From Bryobacterales bacterium (lineage in GTDB: Bacteria; Acidobacteriota; Terriglobia; Bryobacterales; UBA6623), in the NCBI GenBank assembly GCA_965205595.1, contig CBDBHI010000021.1, positions 17,007 through 81,006 on the forward strand: 64,000 nt of DNA, read 5' to 3'. Below, piece after piece: positions 40,143 through 49,862 of this stretch. Position 1 is the first letter of the stretch; each line of letters starts with the position of its first letter. The translations under genes and the position numbers were made by a program. A model generated the notes under the pieces. That model searched no databases. It was not told where the DNA came from and saw only the letters and a program-made list of their open reading frames with translations.

Positions 40143-41328
40143 AAGAATCGTCTTGTTGGGGGTGCAAGCGTCTGACGTGCGCGACGCCTGAAAGCAGATT
40201 TCGGGCGGCCAATCCGTTGCGGTAGTTGTTCCCGGCTACCGCGCGGCCAAGTTCGAGCGATTGCGTACCGATCACAGCGGAGACCAGTAAAGTAGCAGCG
40301 ATTACGAATTGGGGAAGACGGTGCGGCCAGCTAAGCGATCCGGCGAGGAAAATCGCCAGGCCCGCCACCGGAATCGCAAGATAGTAGTGCACCTGGCGCC
40401 CTTCGAAGAGTAGGTAAGGAGCCAGGGTGATAAGAAACCAGCAGATGCCGAATACGACTGCCCGGTTTTTCGTCCAGAGGTGCAGCGCCGAGACGGCCAG
40501 CAGTATAAACCCACATAGTTGTAAGTAGGGTGCGCCTGGGGCCGGGGTAATTGCTTCGCGTAGGTACCACCATAAGTTCGAGAGTATGGATGATGGATGC
40601 AGCGACAGCGTATAGAGCGACCCGCCGAGACCTTCCGCGCTGCTGACCTGAAAGCGGCCGAAGAGCGCGGAAACCGCCAGAAGTGGAAGGGCCCAAAGCG
40701 CGCGTTTTTGGCGATTCACAACCCCCAGGGCTAGACACAGCAGCGGGTATACGACGGCTGTTTCGAGCGACCCCAATCCGCCAATGAACGCCGCGAACTG
40801 GGCTGCGTACCAGCCCCATTTGCCGCTCGCCATGAAACGCGAAAATAGCCAGAGCCCCGAGAGTATAAAAAACGAGCAGAGTATCTGGTTATATGCCGAT
40901 GACCAACTGAGCGAGTAGGCCAAAGCATGGTGGATAGTCCACAGCGACGATGCGAAGACGCCGATGCTGAGCTTTCCAGTTAGTTGCTTCGTTAGGAGTG
41001 TCAACAGCGCGAGGTTTGCAAAGTGGGTCGCGAATACGAGCAACCGGAAGGGAATGGCGTCCAAGCCGAACCAACCGTGAAACAGGTAGAAAAACAGCCG
41101 CTCGGAAAGAGGCCGGAAGGTTCCTTGGGCTCGCGGTTCGAGCATACTGGGCCCGAACTCTTCGGGCGGCAGGCGGACTAAAAACAAGAGAGAAAAGTCG
41201 TCGGTGTGGAACCAACACCACAGTCCGACCCAATAGGCGACGAGGCAGATTGCGGGCGCGACCAGCCAGGCTACGGTGTTGGCGATATTTCGCGTCGCGG
41301 GCGTTAGCTTGTCGGCGACCCCTGTCAC
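40135..41328 (-). CDS. Polytopic membrane protein, possibly a GT-C/ArnT-like glycosyltransferase
   Basis: 397 aa and about 10 TM helices. An acidic WFHTDDFSLL motif follows the first helix, as in GT-C enzymes. The functional call is tentative. Confidence 0.45.
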   Translation of the reverse strand: MTGVADKLTPATRNIANTVAWLVAPAICLVAYWVGLWCWFHTDDFSLLFLVRLPPEEFGPSMLEPRAQGTFRPLSERLFFYLFHGWFGLDAIPFRLLVFATHFANLALLTLLTKQLTGKLSIGVFASSLWTIHHALAYSLSWSSAYNQILCSFFILSGLWLFSRFMASGKWGWYAAQFAAFIGGLGSLETAVVYPLLCLALGVVNRQKRALWALPLLAVSALFGRFQVSSAEGLGGSLYTLSLHPSSILSNLWWYLREAITPAPGAPYLQLCGFILLAVSALHLWTKNRAVVFGICWFLITLAPYLLFEGRQVHYYLAIPVAGLAIFLAGSLSWPHRLPQFVIAATLLVSAVIGTQSLELGRAVAGNNYRNGLAARNLLSGVAHVRRLHPQQDDSFD

Positions 41329-41846
41329 TTCAGTGCGATCGAAGTTACGACGATTCCAAGCTCGCGCTGGCCAACCTCGCCGGCCGGAATTGCGTTTTCG
41401 AGCTCGAACTCGACCCGCGCCGGCTCATCGCTGAGCGCGGATAGCGGAACTTCTTTTGAGTACATGAGATCGCCGTCGGCGTCGAAAGATTCCGGTCCGA
41501 GATCGTTGTCGTTGACACGCACATTGATTGTCGTAGTTGGAAACCGCTGCGAGATGGCCTCGGGAATCGTGAAACGCATCTCAAGGAAGGCGGATTCCGT
41601 GCCCGTCTCGGGGGGCTGCAGCGCTACCACGAAGCGCTTTGCGACCCAGCGCCACGTGCCGCTCTCAAGACCGTAGAAGCCATCGATTAGCTGATCTTGC
41701 GCTCTAGGGTCGGCCACGTTGACGGATGAGAGTAGGACAACTTCACCGGCGCCCGCCTGTTCCTCAATAGGACTTAAATCGGGCGCGTTGCTTGGGCACC
41801 CCCACAGTGCCAGTAAGCCGAGGATTAGGAAGACAGTTAAGCGCAT
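41325..41846 (-). CDS. Lipoprotein of unknown function
   Basis: Lipobox in MRLTVFLILGLLALWGC. Its stop overlaps the next gene's start. Confidence 0.6.
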   Translation of the reverse strand: MRLTVFLILGLLALWGCPSNAPDLSPIEEQAGAGEVVLLSSVNVADPRAQDQLIDGFYGLESGTWRWVAKRFVVALQPPETGTESAFLEMRFTIPEAISQRFPTTTINVRVNDNDLGPESFDADGDLMYSKEVPLSALSDEPARVEFELENAIPAGEVGQRELGIVVTSIALK

Positions 41847-41958
41847 TCGACACTATGGTATCGAACGGTTTGAGCTTTGAGGGGCGTCGGCTCGGATGTG
41901 CACGGCTCCGCTTTCGCTGCGTTGGCTCCGTGCCACACTGGCTCAATAGGTTGCCTGG

Positions 41959-42648
41959 ATGCTGCTGCGACTGATATCAGTGCTCGTGTTGTCGGCGGTT
42001 TCGCTTTTCGCCGAGGATACTGGCGCCGAGCTGCCTCGCTGGCGGCTTAATCCGCTCGATATTCGCGAGTCGATCGGGTTTTACATCGAGCCGTCGACGC
42101 TCGACAGCGGTGGACGCCCTGGCGACCACTGGCTGGCCGAGCGTGCGCTCCAGGCGTGGGACGACGCAACCGGCGGTCTGCTGTGCTTTCACACCGAGCC
42201 CGCCACGCGAGCCCGCATCCGCATTTATTGGGGGCAGACGTACGAAAATCTTGGCCGCATGCAGATGATCCTCGAAGATGACCAACGGATTGCGGAGGTC
42301 TATACAGGGTTGGGAGATATCGGGCCGCGGCAGATACAACTGGCACGCGCCCTCGAACGCGACCCTATGCTGCGCGACGTTTTCGTGTATCGCACGCTGC
42401 TTCACGAGATCGGACACGCGCTGGGTATGGTGCACACCTTGGATGTCGAAGACGCGATGTACTTTGGCGGAGACGTCGTCGCTTTCTATCAGCGGCACCA
42501 CGATCGGTTGAAGTCGATCGTGGATTTGTTTTCGTTCCCAGGGCTCTCTGACGTCGACCGCACTCGGATTCGGGCGCTCTATCGCCCGGAATCTTTGTTG
42601 CGAAAACCAGTCCCAAAGTCGCCGGAAGATTTGGACCAAGGTCCGTGA
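41959..42648 (+). CDS. Matrixin-like zinc metalloprotease (metzincin)
   Basis: LLHEIGHALGMVHT is the HExxHxxGxxH zinc site. N-terminal signal peptide. Confidence 0.75.
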   Translation: MLLRLISVLVLSAVSLFAEDTGAELPRWRLNPLDIRESIGFYIEPSTLDSGGRPGDHWLAERALQAWDDATGGLLCFHTEPATRARIRIYWGQTYENLGRMQMILEDDQRIAEVYTGLGDIGPRQIQLARALERDPMLRDVFVYRTLLHEIGHALGMVHTLDVEDAMYFGGDVVAFYQRHHDRLKSIVDLFSFPGLSDVDRTRIRALYRPESLLRKPVPKSPEDLDQGP

Positions 42649-42683
42649 TCGGGCCCGGAACACCCGAGCATTGAGAGCCCCGG

Positions 42684-43718
42684 CTAGTTGTCAGCTAGGA
42701 ATTTACTAACGGTTTCCGTCACGGTTTCGCCTTCGCACTGGAAAGCCAAGTGGCCGCAATCGCTTTCGATGACAAGTTTCTCAGCCCCTAGGTAACTCGC
42801 TGCGGCGATAGCCGAGCCGGGTGTGACCATGTGGTCGCTGTCTGAAACCACGACCAACACCTTAGCTTTCACCGCCCGCATTGCGCGTTCGAGAGAACCC
42901 CCGAACCTGCGAGTAGCGTCGTGGCTGATCATTGCCCGTAGCTGCGAAGCCCAGTCGAGCGGGTCGAGGCCGCTCACTTTCGCTGCCTGTTGCTGGGCGA
43001 AGTAGCTGTCGAAACCGGCCGTCGGCGTCAGACGGTTGAAGCCGCCCGGCGTGCGCAACGCTAACTCGTGGATTCCCGCCACGACGCGCATCGATGCCCG
43101 GCGGGCTTTTAGCGGGTCGGTGTAGTCTGCGAACGCTTGCTCGATCGCCAGAAGCTGTGTTCGCCACAATAGTTGATCGTACGAACCGAGCCGAGGTGAG
43201 CCAATGATGGGAACCGCCAAGCGCATGGCGTCGGGGTAGGTGGTGATCCACTCAAAAGTTTGCATACCACCCATCGAAATCCCTATCACCGCGTGAAGAC
43301 GCTCGATGCCGAACTCGTTGCTTAACAACAGACGCTGCGAGCGCACCATGTCAGAGATTGCGATTGTGGGAAATTCACGGCCGCCCTGTTCACGGCTGTT
43401 TGAAGGAGATGACGAAATCGAGTTGCCTAAAGCGTCAACGGCGATAACAAAAAACTTCGAGCTATCGGCCATACCCTCGGGCGAGATGAACTCTTTGAGG
43501 TCGGCCGTTTGGCCGGAAAACCACGTTGGGAAGAGGATCGCGTTTGGGCGGTCGGCGTTGAGCGATCCAAACGCGCGGTAGCCAATCAGGCAGTTGCTGA
43601 TCTTTCCACCAGCAGCTAGCTCGAAGTCTCCGAGCTTGGCGAACTGCAGATCGCCATCGGCCCAGAGTGTGGCCGAAAGCAGGAACAGAGCCGCGAATGT
43701 CCGTTTAAGCCGAGTCAT
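42684..43718 (-). CDS. Secreted alpha/beta hydrolase of the homoserine O-acetyltransferase (MetX-like) family
   Basis: Signal peptide, NAILFPTWFSGQ, and the nucleophile elbow VIGISMGGMQTFEW. The signal peptide argues against a true cytoplasmic MetX. Confidence 0.65.
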   Translation of the reverse strand: MTRLKRTFAALFLLSATLWADGDLQFAKLGDFELAAGGKISNCLIGYRAFGSLNADRPNAILFPTWFSGQTADLKEFISPEGMADSSKFFVIAVDALGNSISSSPSNSREQGGREFPTIAISDMVRSQRLLLSNEFGIERLHAVIGISMGGMQTFEWITTYPDAMRLAVPIIGSPRLGSYDQLLWRTQLLAIEQAFADYTDPLKARRASMRVVAGIHELALRTPGGFNRLTPTAGFDSYFAQQQAAKVSGLDPLDWASQLRAMISHDATRRFGGSLERAMRAVKAKVLVVVSDSDHMVTPGSAIAAASYLGAEKLVIESDCGHLAFQCEGETVTETVSKFLADN

Positions 43719-44158
43719 GCGAGTGGTACCTCATGGTATTCGAGCGCCCATTCGCGCATGAAGCGGACTCGTGACGGGTTGACTCGATAAAGCAGGAACT
43801 CGGGGTTGTCAATCGAACCTACAAAATTCCTCAGCAAGGCGTTGGAATCCCAAATGGACTGCCGAATCGTGCCGTCTTCGACGAGCTGGGCCGTGCCCGT
43901 TATGCGGACTTGGTCGTGGCCTTCATCCATGTAGCAAAGCTCCACGGATGGGTTTGACTCGAGTTCAGCAGTTTTATTGGAACTGCGGAACGACGCGAAA
44001 TAGATTTCGAAGCCGTCCCTTCGCACCGGTGAAATTGGCCGCAGCCTCGGTTGTGAGCCGTCGACGGTAGCGAGTGACGGAAAGGGCGCCCGCGCCATGG
44101 TGGCCTGAGCGAGTTCGACGAGGTGTGCCGAATCTACAGGCTGCGACTCAGGCTTCAT
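43715..44158 (-). CDS. Pyridoxamine 5'-phosphate oxidase-like (general stress protein 26 type) FMN-binding protein
   Basis: 147 aa. The RLRPISPVRRDGFEIYFASFRSSNKTAELESNPSVELCY pattern fits the split-barrel family. Confidence 0.6.
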   Translation of the reverse strand: MKPESQPVDSAHLVELAQATMARAPFPSLATVDGSQPRLRPISPVRRDGFEIYFASFRSSNKTAELESNPSVELCYMDEGHDQVRITGTAQLVEDGTIRQSIWDSNALLRNFVGSIDNPEFLLYRVNPSRVRFMREWALEYHEVPLA

Positions 44159-44208
44159 CTAAGCCCAGTGTATCGGCGCGCCGGGCGCCGCTGCTACGCT
44201 GTCGAAGC

Positions 44209-45090
44209 GTGGCTCAGTACGATGTTCCTCCGAACCCGACACTACGGCTTGGCACATGCTCTTTTACGGCCGACGGCTGGGTCGGCTCGTTTTATCCAAA
44301 AGGGGTCGCGGCCAAGGAGCACCTCAGCTTTTACGCCGGTGAGTTCGACACTGTCGAATTGGACGTCACGTTCTACCGCATTCCGACTCAACGAATGATC
44401 GAATCGTGGTGCGAGCGCACGCCGGAATCATTCGTGTTTGCGGCCAAGGCGCCGCGCACGATTACGCATGAAAAAGTCTTGCTCGACTCTGAAGGCGAGA
44501 CCGAGGCGTTTCTATCGGCTATGCGCGGACTGGGCGCAAAGCTCGGGCCGATCTTGTTTCAATTTCCCTACTTCAACCGATCGAAGTTTAAGAGCCTCGA
44601 CGAGTTTCTGTTGCGCCTGGAGCCATTTCTCAAGAGCCTGCCACGAGAATTGCAATATGCGGTGGAGGTTCGAAACAAGTGGTGGATCGACGAAAAGCTT
44701 ACCGGGTTACTGGGCACGTATGGGGTTGCGATGGCGGTCATCGACCAGGCCTGGATGCACAGCCCGCAGAAAATTTTCGAGCGCGTCGATCCCATTACCG
44801 CGGACTTTACTTATCTTCGCTGGCTTGGGGATCGCCATGGCATTGAGGAGATCACCAAGACGTGGGATAAGACCGTTCTCGACCGTGACTCGGAATTGCG
44901 CGACTGGACGGACTTGTGCCAACCGATTCGGACGCGCGGCGTGACCATCTACGGGTACGTGAACAACCATTTCGCGGGGCATTCGCCGGCGACCATTAGA
45001 CGCCTACTCGATTTGATGGAACCGTCGCTGCGACGTGAGAGGGTGAAGCCTCAACCCGCCGCGGAACCACCGACGCTGTTCGAGATGTAG
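44209..45090 (+). CDS. DUF72 (UPF0759) family protein
   Basis: LRLGTCSFTADGWVGSFYPKG...LSFYAGEFDTVELDVTFYRIP. I prefer the GTG at 44209 because the listed start at 44074 overlaps the convergent upstream gene. Confidence 0.75.
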   Translation: MAQYDVPPNPTLRLGTCSFTADGWVGSFYPKGVAAKEHLSFYAGEFDTVELDVTFYRIPTQRMIESWCERTPESFVFAAKAPRTITHEKVLLDSEGETEAFLSAMRGLGAKLGPILFQFPYFNRSKFKSLDEFLLRLEPFLKSLPRELQYAVEVRNKWWIDEKLTGLLGTYGVAMAVIDQAWMHSPQKIFERVDPITADFTYLRWLGDRHGIEEITKTWDKTVLDRDSELRDWTDLCQPIRTRGVTIYGYVNNHFAGHSPATIRRLLDLMEPSLRRERVKPQPAAEPPTLFEM

Positions 45091-45200
45091 TTCGAGATGT
45101 TAACGAAACGCGGCCGGCATTCATCGTTTCGGAAGCGCGCACGTGGAAGGGCGGTACGAGGAATCAGACCGCTCCTCTACAATGGGAGCTTCCTTTTCGC

Positions 45201-46418
45201 ATGGGTTTAATCGGAATCGTTGCAATCTTGGCCGCGGCCTACGCGCTCTCTTCGAATCGTCGCGCTATTCGTCCCCGCCAGATTGCCTGGGGTCTAGGCT
45301 TGCAGCTAACGCTTGCCGTTCTCGTCCTTAAAACGCCGTTCGGAAGAGTCTTTGAGGTCGCGGGCGCGGCGTTTAATAATCTTATGAAGTTCGGCGAAGA
45401 GGGTAGCGGATTCCTCTTTGGCGAATTGGGCAGGTCTGAGAACGGCGTGATCATGGCGTTCCAAATTCTGCCGCTCATCATCTTCGTGTCGGCGCTGTTT
45501 GCCGTGCTCTATCACCTCGGCATCATGCAACTGATCGTGAAGGCCATTGCGATCGTCATGCAGCGCGGAATGCAAGCCAGCGGAGCGGAGTCGCTCAACG
45601 TGGCGGCGAACGTTTTTCTCGGCCAGTCAGAGGCCCCGCTAACGATACGCCCTTATTTGAAAGACCTGACGAAGTCGGAGCTAATGACGGTGATGACGGG
45701 CGGCATGGGGACAATTTCCGGGGCCCTGCTCGTCGCCTACGTGCAGGTGGGCGGTGTTCCCGTCGAACACCTACTTACCGCCGTAATCATGACGGCGCCC
45801 GCCTGCATCATGCTCGCGAAGGTGATCGAGCCCGAGACCGGTCACCCGCGGACGTTGGGTGGTATCCCCGCGCACGCGGGGGCGAACGATAGGAATCTCA
45901 TTGACGCCGCCGCGCGCGGCTCGACGGAAGGCTTGATGCTGGCGCTCACCGTGGGCGCGGTCTTGATCGCATTTGTTGCGCTCATTGCGGTTGTCAATGG
46001 AGTGCTGGCCGGCATCCAGAGTTGGACCGCGTGGGCCTGGTTCCCGACAGGACTGCAGGCAATGCTGGGACCTCTTTTCGCTCCTGTGGCCTGGCTACTT
46101 GGGGTCCCTTGGGTCGACGCGGGCGCTGTCGGCAATCTGCTGGGTACCCGCATGGTGCTCAACGAGTTCATCGGATATGCGGCGCTGAACGAGATGAAGG
46201 GGGCGCTCGACCCCAAGTCATATCTGATCGCTGGATACGCGCTGTGCGGCTTTGCAAATTTTGGTTCAATTGGAATTCAGGTCGGTGGCATCGGGTCGCT
46301 CGTCCCCGAGCGTCGCGGTGAGTTGGCTGAACTTGGTCTACGAGCAATGATTGCGGGCACGCTCGCCAACTTTCTGACGGCCGCTATCGCCGGCCTCATG
46401 GTTTCACCGTCAATTTAG
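45201..46418 (+). CDS. nupC: Concentrative nucleoside transporter (NupC family)
   Basis: 405 aa polytopic protein. N-terminal GLIGIVAILAAAYALSSNRRAI..IAWGLGLQ and C-terminal NEFIGYAAL...LCGFANFGSIGIQ are NupC/CNT-like. Confidence 0.8.
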   Translation: MGLIGIVAILAAAYALSSNRRAIRPRQIAWGLGLQLTLAVLVLKTPFGRVFEVAGAAFNNLMKFGEEGSGFLFGELGRSENGVIMAFQILPLIIFVSALFAVLYHLGIMQLIVKAIAIVMQRGMQASGAESLNVAANVFLGQSEAPLTIRPYLKDLTKSELMTVMTGGMGTISGALLVAYVQVGGVPVEHLLTAVIMTAPACIMLAKVIEPETGHPRTLGGIPAHAGANDRNLIDAAARGSTEGLMLALTVGAVLIAFVALIAVVNGVLAGIQSWTAWAWFPTGLQAMLGPLFAPVAWLLGVPWVDAGAVGNLLGTRMVLNEFIGYAALNEMKGALDPKSYLIAGYALCGFANFGSIGIQVGGIGSLVPERRGELAELGLRAMIAGTLANFLTAAIAGLMVSPSI

Positions 46419-46432
46419 ACGCTCATACGAAC

Positions 46433-47014
46433 ATGCTTGATACTCCGACACTACTCAAGATGCTGGCCTCATTCGCGATTGGATCGATTCCATTCGCGGT
46501 GGTCGCCATGTGGGGCTCGGGCACAAGTATTCGCGACGTTGGTTCCGGCAACCCCGGTTTCAACAATGTTTTGCGGTTTTCAAAGCCGCGCGCGCTGGTC
46601 GCACTTATCGGCGACATGGCCAAGGGCTATGTGCCGGTCATGTTGTTTTTCGCGGCTGACGACCCGCTGAATATTGGTTGGCTGTATGGCCTTTGCGCCG
46701 TATTCGGACACTGCTACTCGCCGCTGCTCAAGTTCGACGGCGGGAAGGGCATCGCGACATCTTGCGGCGTGATGTTGCGTTTGTATCCAGTCTGGGCGCT
46801 GGTAGCTCTGGCGTTTTTCGTATTATTCCGGGCCTTAGGGAGCCGGCGGAAGTGGCCCCAAAGGGGAGCGATGGCGTCGATTGTGACTTGGATCTTTTTC
46901 ACGATCGTGATGTTCGTGCAATTTGGATCAGCGCACGGCGTATACGCCCTGCTGATGACGGTTTTTTTGACTTGGCGACATAAGTCGAATATCGTAGATC
47001 TGGTGGCGAACTAG
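46433..47014 (+). CDS. plsY: Glycerol-3-phosphate acyltransferase PlsY
   Basis: GSIPFAVV, GSGNPGFNNVLR and FDGGKGIATSCG are the PlsY motifs. Confidence 0.85.
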   Translation: MLDTPTLLKMLASFAIGSIPFAVVAMWGSGTSIRDVGSGNPGFNNVLRFSKPRALVALIGDMAKGYVPVMLFFAADDPLNIGWLYGLCAVFGHCYSPLLKFDGGKGIATSCGVMLRLYPVWALVALAFFVLFRALGSRRKWPQRGAMASIVTWIFFTIVMFVQFGSAHGVYALLMTVFLTWRHKSNIVDLVAN

Positions 47015-47049
47015 CCGGCATTTCTCACCACGTGGCGAGAAATGCGGCT
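47013..47049. repeat. 37-bp hairpin made of the two MITE arms only (copy 3, internal part absent), between convergent stop codons
   Basis: The sequence is AGCCGGCATTTCTCACCACGTGGCGAGAAATGCGGCT. The left TA belongs to the plsY TAG stop (47012-47014). The right TA belongs to the patatin TAA stop (47049-47051, minus strand). Confidence 0.75.
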
Positions 47050-49862
47050 TACGCGCCGGCCGCGACCGACGCCGGCTTCGTTTCTTCGGGCCAACCGTCG
47101 CTGGGCCAACCATTCTTAAACGCCACCTCGCCGATGTGATGTCCAATCGCGCGGTAGGCTTCGAACTGGGCCTCGTCGAAGAATTGATCGCCCGTAGATT
47201 CGTGAGGAAACGCCTTATTGCGATCGCGGTAGTCGCAGATTTCGTTTCCTTCCGATCCTGTGAACGACGATTTGAGATAGACCAGTTGCCCCTCTTCACC
47301 ACCGCCGTAGTGGATCTTGCCAACTGCTCCGTGCGCGCTGCTGAGACCGTTGGCGTCCTTGCGTAGTTTCTCGAGATCAAGCTCAATCTCAATGCCCATA
47401 TCAATTCGAGCAAACCGCAACACCTGCATGAGACCGCCGAAGCGCATCTCTGGATCCGCTTCGCCATCGACCACGATGATGCGCTCACAGCGCCGACGCA
47501 ACAGCTCATAGAGAGCCAGGTTTTCGAGATGACCACCGTCAGAGACATTCACATACCGAGTCTTCTCGTTTGTAGCGCCAAAAGCCTCTCTGACCAAATA
47601 CCAAGCCCAGGCCGTGAGCAACGAGTTGAATCGCGAGCTAGCGAGTTTCGCCGGATTTGGAAGCCAGTAGCCAAGGCGAACGTTCAGAAGGGTCATCACG
47701 AAAACCAAAGCGGGCACTGTCGTCGTTCCCATGTTTGGTGCGGCGGCGGCTCCTGAGATTGCCATCGCTGTGCCGAGATCTACATGACTATCAGCCTTCT
47801 CCAACTCCGAGGTCTTGCAGTAACCGGTCCGCCGGCCGCCCGTATAACATTTGCTGAAGAAAAAGAAGTCCGCGCGCCTTCCGCGAAGATCGCGATAATC
47901 GCTGCCTTGTAGGTTCAGCGTTACGTTGATCAAGTGGTATGGCGCCTTTTGCCGCTTTTCGCCTTCGTAGAGCATTGAAAGTTTTTGAGCGTCCGCTTGC
48001 TCGGCAACGCCGTCCATACCGCTGTGGATCAGATAGGCGTTGCTGAGCCGGTCGCGATAGAAAGGATGGACCGACGAACGATTCACATCCACCATCACCA
48101 TGAAAGCGAGCAGGGTGAAGGTTAACAAAATAAATACGACGTCGTCCAATTCGTCCCATAGCAGATAGCAAGACGAAGCAATCTTCAACATGCTACCGCC
48201 GGCCGTCCCCGCGTATTCATCGGCGGTAGACAATAGACTGACGCTGCATGGCTCCGTAAACCAGTCCGTAAGCCCAAGCCAAACTACCCAACCGTGCCTG
48301 TCTGGAATGCCCAGATTCCAAGAGAAGTCGACCCCGCCTCGCCTAACATTGGCGGGGCGCTTGAGCGGCGTTTCACTTACTGGATCGTTCAGATCGGCGT
48401 GCAGATCCTCCGACAGATTGCCACTGTTGAGGTTCTCGATCGCCGAAATTTGCAAGGCAAACGTCGGGATAGTTTCGGAAAACTTAGTCAACTCGATAGT
48501 CGGCTCTGGCCGTATTCCTCCGCATCCATATGTCCACTCAAATGAACGCATAGCACTAGAAGGGTTAGTCAGCTCAGCTCTTACCTGACAGACTTGCGGG
48601 AACGCTCCGCCCGTGTACTCAACCCTCCACTCGGCGTGGCCGTCCTCGCCCCAGTTCGGCGGCGTTTGCTTGTCCCATCTGATACCTCGCTCGTCAAACT
48701 TTTGTACCAGGGCTTCAGGAAGTGCTTCCTCGAACTTGCCGTCCTCACCAACTTTGTCACTCAACAGAAATTGCTCGTGCATGCCGACCGATCTAGTTAT
48801 GTCGTGAGAATCGACTTGGATCACACATAGCAACAAATACACCCCAAAAATCGTGATCGGCCCCAGGGCACTGATCAGAAGCAGTGTTACTTTACCGGCA
48901 AGTGGCGAAGATTTGGAAGACGCCCGCGACAGCAACACGACCAGCAAAATCAGCGCAACCGCCACCGCACTCGCGCTCCCCGCGTTGCCCACAACGGCCG
49001 CTATCGGGTCGTGCAAAAGCTGATGAAGAGATAGTCCTATGTCGACTCGATTCGCCTCAATCGCGCGGCCAACGAGCCAACTTGCCGGGACAAACACGAC
49101 CAGCGCGCACACAAGTGTGAATGATAGTGTGAACACGCCCTCGTACCAATTTCGGCGAGCCCACTTTGCGCCTCTGCCAATTTTTGCGACGAACGGAAAA
49201 ATTATAATCGATAGTCCAAATAATCCTAAGATAAATACAATAACAAGCTGATGGATTATATTGAGATCGTGAAGAGTCTCATAGAGAACTTCCGTCATAA
49301 GAACGAGAATCATGATCCACGGCAATACCGATAGAAAGTTCACAATGATGCCGCGCACCAAGATCGCCGGAATTCGAAGCGTGTCGGCCGTACCCCCCGG
49401 GGCCAAATAGTTTCCGCTGTTCCTTAGGTGGTGAACCGCTGACGTTTCCTCCACTCCAGTTTCGTGGCGCAGCGGAAAGTTGTTCTCGCCATCGTAGGCG
49501 CAATTGGGATCATTCAACAACGAGGTAATACAGGAGCCAACAAACCCGCCGCCCGACACGGTCGACATGTAGTCCACCGACTTGAAAATCTTGTGTTTCC
49601 TATTCGCAAGTGCTTGGACGACGCCGAGGCTAATCGTCGCACTGCGGATGCCGCCGCCGGAAAAGGCCAATCCTGTCAAACCTTGTTTGGTGGACGGCGG
49701 ACCTTTGAGCGCCGCCGTGTCTATCGTCTTGTCCAATACAAGATGAGCCTGAAGGGAGGGGTGATTCCAACACAAGATGAGCCTGGAGGTAATTTGGGCA
49801 AGGTCGATTAGGAACAGGCAAACTGCGGGCGATGGGAGTCGCCGTGCAGCAAGCCGAATCAC
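47049..49862 (-). CDS. Patatin-like phospholipase with a large multi-TM insertion; 5' end displaced by IS copy B
   Basis: GLAFSGGGIRS (oxyanion loop), MSTVSGGGF (GxSxG) and VSDGGHLEN (Asp motif). About 670 aa, including at least 5 hydrophobic helices, lie between the Ser and Asp motifs. The first ~46 codons of the listed ORF (49724-49862) are IS-end sequence. Confidence 0.75.
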   Translation of the reverse strand: MIRLAARRLPSPAVCLFLIDLAQITSRLILCWNHPSLQAHLVLDKTIDTAALKGPPSTKQGLTGLAFSGGGIRSATISLGVVQALANRKHKIFKSVDYMSTVSGGGFVGSCITSLLNDPNCAYDGENNFPLRHETGVEETSAVHHLRNSGNYLAPGGTADTLRIPAILVRGIIVNFLSVLPWIMILVLMTEVLYETLHDLNIIHQLVIVFILGLFGLSIIIFPFVAKIGRGAKWARRNWYEGVFTLSFTLVCALVVFVPASWLVGRAIEANRVDIGLSLHQLLHDPIAAVVGNAGSASAVAVALILLVVLLSRASSKSSPLAGKVTLLLISALGPITIFGVYLLLCVIQVDSHDITRSVGMHEQFLLSDKVGEDGKFEEALPEALVQKFDERGIRWDKQTPPNWGEDGHAEWRVEYTGGAFPQVCQVRAELTNPSSAMRSFEWTYGCGGIRPEPTIELTKFSETIPTFALQISAIENLNSGNLSEDLHADLNDPVSETPLKRPANVRRGGVDFSWNLGIPDRHGWVVWLGLTDWFTEPCSVSLLSTADEYAGTAGGSMLKIASSCYLLWDELDDVVFILLTFTLLAFMVMVDVNRSSVHPFYRDRLSNAYLIHSGMDGVAEQADAQKLSMLYEGEKRQKAPYHLINVTLNLQGSDYRDLRGRRADFFFFSKCYTGGRRTGYCKTSELEKADSHVDLGTAMAISGAAAAPNMGTTTVPALVFVMTLLNVRLGYWLPNPAKLASSRFNSLLTAWAWYLVREAFGATNEKTRYVNVSDGGHLENLALYELLRRRCERIIVVDGEADPEMRFGGLMQVLRFARIDMGIEIELDLEKLRKDANGLSSAHGAVGKIHYGGGEEGQLVYLKSSFTGSEGNEICDYRDRNKAFPHESTGDQFFDEAQFEAYRAIGHHIGEVAFKNGWPSDGWPEETKPASVAAGA

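Noticed and set aside
44074-44208. The N-terminal 45 codons of the listed DUF72 ORF.
   Set aside because: They overlap the 5' end of the divergently oriented PNPOx-like gene and are Arg/Pro-rich. The conserved DUF72 sequence begins just after the GTG at 44209.
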